A stretch of 32,000 nucleotides of DNA. Source: an uncultured Chloroflexia bacterium (GTDB lineage Bacteria > Chloroflexota > Anaerolineae > JAAYZQ01). Below are positions 27,803 to 32,000 of this stretch, piece after piece. Each line of letters starts with the position of its first letter. Position 1 is the first letter of the stretch. The notes beneath the pieces are model-generated. The model was not told where the DNA came from and did not search any database. It saw only the letters and a program-made list of their open reading frames with translations. Position numbers and translations under genes: made by a program. Location: contig CAVVMX010000006.1 in assembly GCA_963749455.1 (NCBI GenBank), positions 125,769-157,768 on the forward strand. The letters are read 5' to 3'.

Positions 27803-29234
27803 GTGACCGGCATCCTCCAGGCCGAGGCAGTCGCCTACCGCTATCCCCAGAACGGCTACGGTCTGGCGCCCATCTCCCTGGCCGTCGCAGCCGGGTGAGC
27901 GGCTGCTCATCGCCGGACCGTCGGGCTGCGGCAAGAGCACGCTGGCCCGCTGCCTGACCGGGCTGATCCCCCACCTGTACCGGGGCACCCTCGAAGGCGA
28001 CGTCTGGCTCGACGGCCTGCACACCGCCGCCACCCCGCTGTGGCGCTTGGCCGAGCGCGCCGGGCTGGTCTTTCAGAATCCGGCGGCGCAGATGCTCGGC
28101 CAGTCGGTGGAAGAAGAGATCGTCTTTGGCCTGGAGAACCTGGGCCTGCCGCCGCGCGGCCATCGGCGAGTCGCTGGAGGCGACCCTGGACCGCTTTGGC
28201 CTGGAACCGCTGCGCAACCGGTCGCCCCAGACCCTGTCCGGCGGCGAGCAGCAAAAGCTGGCCCTGGCCGCGATCATGGCCAGGCAGCCTCCCGTCCTGA
28301 TGCTCGATGAGCCGCTGTCGATGCTCGACACCACGGCCGCCGCCGAGCTGGTCGCCCACCTGGCGGATCTGGCCGATTCTGGCACGGCCCTCGTCATCTG
28401 CGAGCACCGCCACGAGATGGTCCACACCATCCCCGGGCTGCGCACGATCTCCCTGCCCGGCCATGCCCGGGAAGAGACGCAGACCAGTCCTGCCTCACCT
28501 CCCGTGCCGACTGGCGTCGACCGCCGGCCTTGGAGGTCTCCGGTCTCACCGTCCACCTGGGCGGCCGGCCCGTCCTGCACGACCTGAGCTTCTCCGCGTC
28601 CGGCGGCGAGGTCGTGGCCGTGGTCGGCCGCAACGGCGTCGGCAAGACGACGCTGCTGCGCGCCCTGGCCGGCCTGCAGAAACACGAGGGCGCCGTGACC
28701 GTCGACGGCCGGCCGCCCGACCTGGGCATGGTCTTTCAGAACGCCGACCTGCAGCTCTTCAACGCGACCGTCCGCGACGAGATCCTCTACCGCGTGCCCG
28801 ATCCCGACCTGGCGCTCTACGCCTGGCTGCTCGAGGCGCTGGGCCTGGCCCGCTACGAGCAGGTGCCGCCCCTGCTGTTGAGCGAGGGCGAAAAGAAACG
28901 GGTGGCTCTGGCTACCGTGTTGATGCGCCAGCCACGCCATGGCCTGTTGCTCGACGAGCCGGCCGTTGGCCAGGACAGCAGCCACAAGGCGATGCTGATC
29001 CACCTGGCCCGGGCGTTGGCCCATGCCGGCAAGCTGGTGATCATGACCACCCACGACCTGGCCCTGGCCGCCCAGGCCGACCGGCTGCTGCTGCTTGGCC
29101 CCGACGGTTTTGTCGCCGACGGGCCGCCGGCCGTCGTCCTGCATGACCAGGCGGCGTGGGCCCGCCTCGGCCTGCTGGTGCCGGACTGGGTGCATGCCAC
29201 GCCGCCGGGCATCCCCGGCAGAGGAGGAGCCATG
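27803..29234 (+). CDS. Second ECF/YkoD-like tandem ABC ATPase; frameshifted
   Basis: GPSGCGKSTLARCLTGLIPH; LVFQNPAAQMLGQSVEEEIVFGLENLGLP; LSGGEQQKLALAAIMA; second domain GRNGVGKTTLLRALAGL ... LLSEGEKKRVALATVLMRQPRHGLLLDEPAVGQD. Confidence 0.9.
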
Positions 29235-29961
29235 ATCAGGCTCGGCGGTGCCGGCCGGCCGCGCAGGCTGGCCCTGGTAGAAGCCTCGCCGCTGCGCCGC
29301 GCCGACCCTCGCACCAAGCTGGCCCTGAGCCTGGCCGTCTCGCTGGCGGTCATGCTGCCGGTGGAGCGGCTGGCCCTGTTCATGGTCGCTCTATGCCGCC
29401 CTGCTTCTCTGGGCGCGCCTGCTGCCCGAGGCGGCCCGCCAGGTGTGGCGCCTCAAGTGGGTGCTGGTCATCCTCTTTGTCGTCGATTGGCTCGTCGTCG
29501 ACCTCGACCTGGCTGTGGTCGTTACCCTGCGGCTGATCCTGCTGGCCGGCGCCTTTGCCCTCTTTTTCGCCACCACCACGCCGGGCGAGATGCGACTGGC
29601 CCTGGAATGGCTGCGGGTGCCCTACCGCTATGCCTTTAGCGTGAGCCTGGCCTTCCAGAGCGTGGGCCTGCTCGACGACGAGTGGCGCGCCATCCGCGAG
29701 GCGCAGCAGGCGCGCGGCGCATGGGCGCCCGCGTCCGGCTGGCGGGAGCTGCTGGGGCGGGTGCGCGACCTGGTGGCCCTGGCCGTGCCGGCCGTGGTGC
29801 TGACCACCAAGCGGGCCTGGGCCATGACCGAGGCCGCCTATGCCCGCGGCTTTGATTCGCCGCACCGCCGGCCCTACCGGCGCCTGGCCATGGGCCGGCT
29901 GGATTGGGCGCTGCTGGCCGGCGCGGCCATCGTCATCCTGCTGTTACTATTGTGGAGATAA
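29232..29961 (+). CDS. Second ECF transporter T component; frameshifted
   Basis: DPRTKLALSLAVSLAVMLPVERLALF; ORF 29443..29961 ATTTPGEMRLALEWLRVPYRYAFSVSLAFQSVGLLDDEWRAIREAQQARGA. Confidence 0.88.
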
Positions 29962-29975
29962 CGGAGGTAAGGATC

Positions 29976-30481
29976 ATGACCCAACGAACTCGCATCCTGA
30001 TCGCCGCCGGCGTCCTGATCGTCCTGGTCGCCGTCGTCCTGGGCATCGACGCCTTGCAGCGTGCCTCGGGCGAGCCGGCTGCCGCAGGCGAGCCCACCGT
30101 GGCGCCCGGCACCATCCCGATCCACCTGGACGGCAAGCTGGTGGGCAGCTTTACCCCTGCCGACCTGGAGCGGCTGGAGAAGGTGAGCTTTGTCGAGCCC
30201 GAAGAGGGCAAGACGCAGGAGGGCTGGCTGCTGCGTGACGTGATCCTGCTCTACGTCGAGCCCGAGAAGCTCGGGGCCGGCACGCTCGTCACGGTGAGCA
30301 GCAGCAGCCGGGACAAGTCGGCGCAGCTGACCTGGGCCGAGGTGGACAACCGGCGGACAATTGCGTCATGTTCGACCTGTCGAACCGGGGCACGCTCAAG
30401 CTGGTGTCGGTGCTGCAGAAGCTGGACACGCGCGACGAGTGGGTGCAGGACGTGGACAGCATCGAGGTCGTCAATCCATGA
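29976..30481 (+). CDS. Membrane-anchored protein with one molybdopterin-binding-like domain; frameshifted
   Basis: MTQRTRILIAAGVLIVLVAVVLGIDAL anchor; GTIPIHLDGKLVGSFTPADLERLEKVSFVEPEEGKTQEGWLLRDVILLYVEPEKLGAGTLVTVSSSSRDKSAQLTWAEV. Confidence 0.6.
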
Positions 30482-31023
30482 AGGAGCGCTACTTCTCCAC
30501 CTTCCAGCTCATCCTGCTGGCCCTGTTTGCGGCGCTGATCGTCGTGGCCAAGATCGCGCTGCGCCTGCCGCTGCAGATGCCCGGCCATTCGGGCATCTTC
30601 TGGATGGCGATCGTCGTCGTCGCCGCCGGCGTGGTGCCCAAGCGGGGCGCGGCCAGCCTGGTCGGCCTCACCTCGGGCATCATGGCCGCCTTCCTGGGGC
30701 TGGGCGATTTTGGCGCACTCGACACGCTGCTGTCCTACACCGCCGTCGGCGTAGGCACCGACCTGGCCCTGCTGCTGCTGCGCAACCCGGAGAACCTGGT
30801 CGTCGCCACGCTGGTCGGCGCCCTCGGTCACATGGGCAAGTTCCTGGTCAAGTGGGCCATCGCCGGCGTGGCCGGAGCGCCGGCCGGTTTCGTCGCCCTG
30901 GGCCTGGCCCGGTCGCTGATCGGCTACATCATCTTTGGCGCATTGGGTGGCCTGCTCGGCGGATTGACTCTGGCCGCACTGCGCAAGGCCGGCTTCTTTG
31001 CCTACCTGGCCGAGAAAAGATGA
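30478..31023 (+). CDS. Second ECF transporter S component
   Basis: MKERYFSTFQLILLALFAALIVVAKIALRLPLQMPGHSGIFWMAIVVVAAGVVPKRGAASLVGLTSGIMAAFLG; ATGA overlap with previous gene. Confidence 0.85.
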   Translation: MKERYFSTFQLILLALFAALIVVAKIALRLPLQMPGHSGIFWMAIVVVAAGVVPKRGAASLVGLTSGIMAAFLGLGDFGALDTLLSYTAVGVGTDLALLLLRNPENLVVATLVGALGHMGKFLVKWAIAGVAGAPAGFVALGLARSLIGYIIFGALGGLLGGLTLAALRKAGFFAYLAEKR

Positions 31024-31162
31024 TCTTTTCCATTCACCTGGCGATGGAAGTTGCCTTATTGAGCAAAAAGGACTAGCATAGGTGAGCCACTTTGCCGATG
31101 CGCGGCAGACCAGGAATGGGCTATAGGTGAGCACATTACAGCTTGGAGTAAAGGAGGTATCA

Positions 31163-32000
31163 ATGGACAAGTCCGGTGTTGGCAGTTTTCACCCGATCCA
31201 GTGCATCTTGCCGCCTCACATGGTCGATGCCATCAAGAAGCGTGGCGACGAGAGCCAACGGAAAATGGCCGAGCAGATCGAAAAGCTCGCTGCCGCGGTC
31301 CGGGTCGAGCGTGAAGCGGCCGCGCCGGCCGGCGCTTTTCTGGGTGTGCCGTCCATACGGAAGGGCCTGACGGCGCAGGTCAAGCGCGAGGTGTACGACG
31401 GCAAGTCCAAAGTGGGCTTGCCCGGCGACTTGGTCCGGCAAGAAGGCGATCCCCCGGTCGCCGACGCGACCGTAAACGAGGTCTACGACGCTGCCGGCGA
31501 CGTCTTTGGCCTCTACTATGACAACTGGCGCCGCAACTCCCTCGACGGCAACGGCATGACCCTCGTCCAGACCGTCCATCACCGCAAGCACTTCAATAAC
31601 GCCTCCTGGAACGGCGCCCAGATGGCCTATGGTGATGGGGATGCGGTCCTCTTTAGGGGTTTTGCCGTTCTGTCTGTGGTCGGCCACGAGCTGTCCCATG
31701 GAGTTGTGCAGTACTCTGGCGGATTGGAATATCGCGATCAGGCTGGGGCACTCAACGAGAGCTTTGCCGACGTGTTCGGTGCGCTGTCGGAGCAGTACAA
31801 GCACAAACAGCGGCCTGCCGACGCCTCCTGGCTGATAGGAGCCGGCATCTTGGGGCCCGACATCCAGGGGACTGCCCTGCGCTCGATGAAGGCGCCGGGT
31901 ATGGCCTACAACGATCCTATCCTTGGCCAGGATCCGCAGCCATTCCACATGGATCTGTATGTCAACACTTCATCCGACAACGGCGGCGTCCACATCAACT
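31163..32000 (+). CDS. M4 family metalloprotease (protealysin/thermolysin-like), truncated by window end
   Basis: Open frame from ATG 31163 with aaaggaggt RBS; short propeptide motif IQCILPPHMVDAIKKRG, zinc motif VVGHELSHGVVQYSGGLEYRDQAGALNESFADVFG. Confidence 0.93.
   Translation, partial: MDKSGVGSFHPIQCILPPHMVDAIKKRGDESQRKMAEQIEKLAAAVRVEREAAAPAGAFLGVPSIRKGLTAQVKREVYDGKSKVGLPGDLVRQEGDPPVADATVNEVYDAAGDVFGLYYDNWRRNSLDGNGMTLVQTVHHRKHFNNASWNGAQMAYGDGDAVLFRGFAVLSVVGHELSHGVVQYSGGLEYRDQAGALNESFADVFGALSEQYKHKQRPADASWLIGAGILGPDIQGTALRSMKAPGMAYNDPILGQDPQPFHMDLYVNTSSDNGGVHIN

Noticed and set aside
26982-29195. 737-aa minus-strand ORF
   Set aside because: Antisense to convincing ABC ATPase domains, composition rich in Q/H/R/P/G typical of shadow ORFs in high-GC DNA, no recognisable motifs.
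31045-31140. Weak promoter-like TTGCCT...TAGCAT and a repeated ataggtgagc upstream of the M4 protease
   Set aside because: Hexamer match and spacing are poor and the repeat is only 10 nt with two copies; insufficient to call.

Overview
High-GC, Chloroflexota-like bacterial DNA (lineage is inference) with three blocks. (A) 1-11.3 kb: a frameshift-riddled locus. It has a partial HtrA-type protease (-), then a consensus-like promoter and a roughly 310-nt structured leader with two terminators sharing the same stem. This leads into an ECF transporter (S, tandem ATPase, T), several membrane or lipoproteins built from a recurring molybdopterin-binding-like domain, a phosphodiesterase, and a tungstate-type ABC transporter (TupBCA-like). 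(B) 11.4-26.6 kb: a fully intact, tightly packed operon corresponding to the poorly understood E. coli yhf operon (yhfZ, yhfY PRD, yhfU, yhfT, yhfS, yhfX, yhfW). It also carries an M20 amidohydrolase, an MttB-family methyltransferase, HPr, a peptide-type ABC transporter and PTS Enzyme I. It is preceded by a TTGACA-N17-TAGAAT promoter with a perfect inverted repeat over the -10 region. (C) 26.7-32 kb: a TiaS-like protein, a second ECF transporter set with the same molybdopterin-like domain, and a partial M4 (protealysin/thermolysin-like) metalloprotease. The best candidate for a new system is block B, an expanded yhf-type catabolic/transport operon with its own PTS phosphorelay parts but no recognisable sugar EII. 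Block A is a second candidate: a riboswitch-like leader plus an Mo/W-cofactor-flavoured ECF/Tup locus. Nearly all frame breaks in A and C look like single-base insertions, while B has none, which suggests a sequencing or assembly quality boundary.
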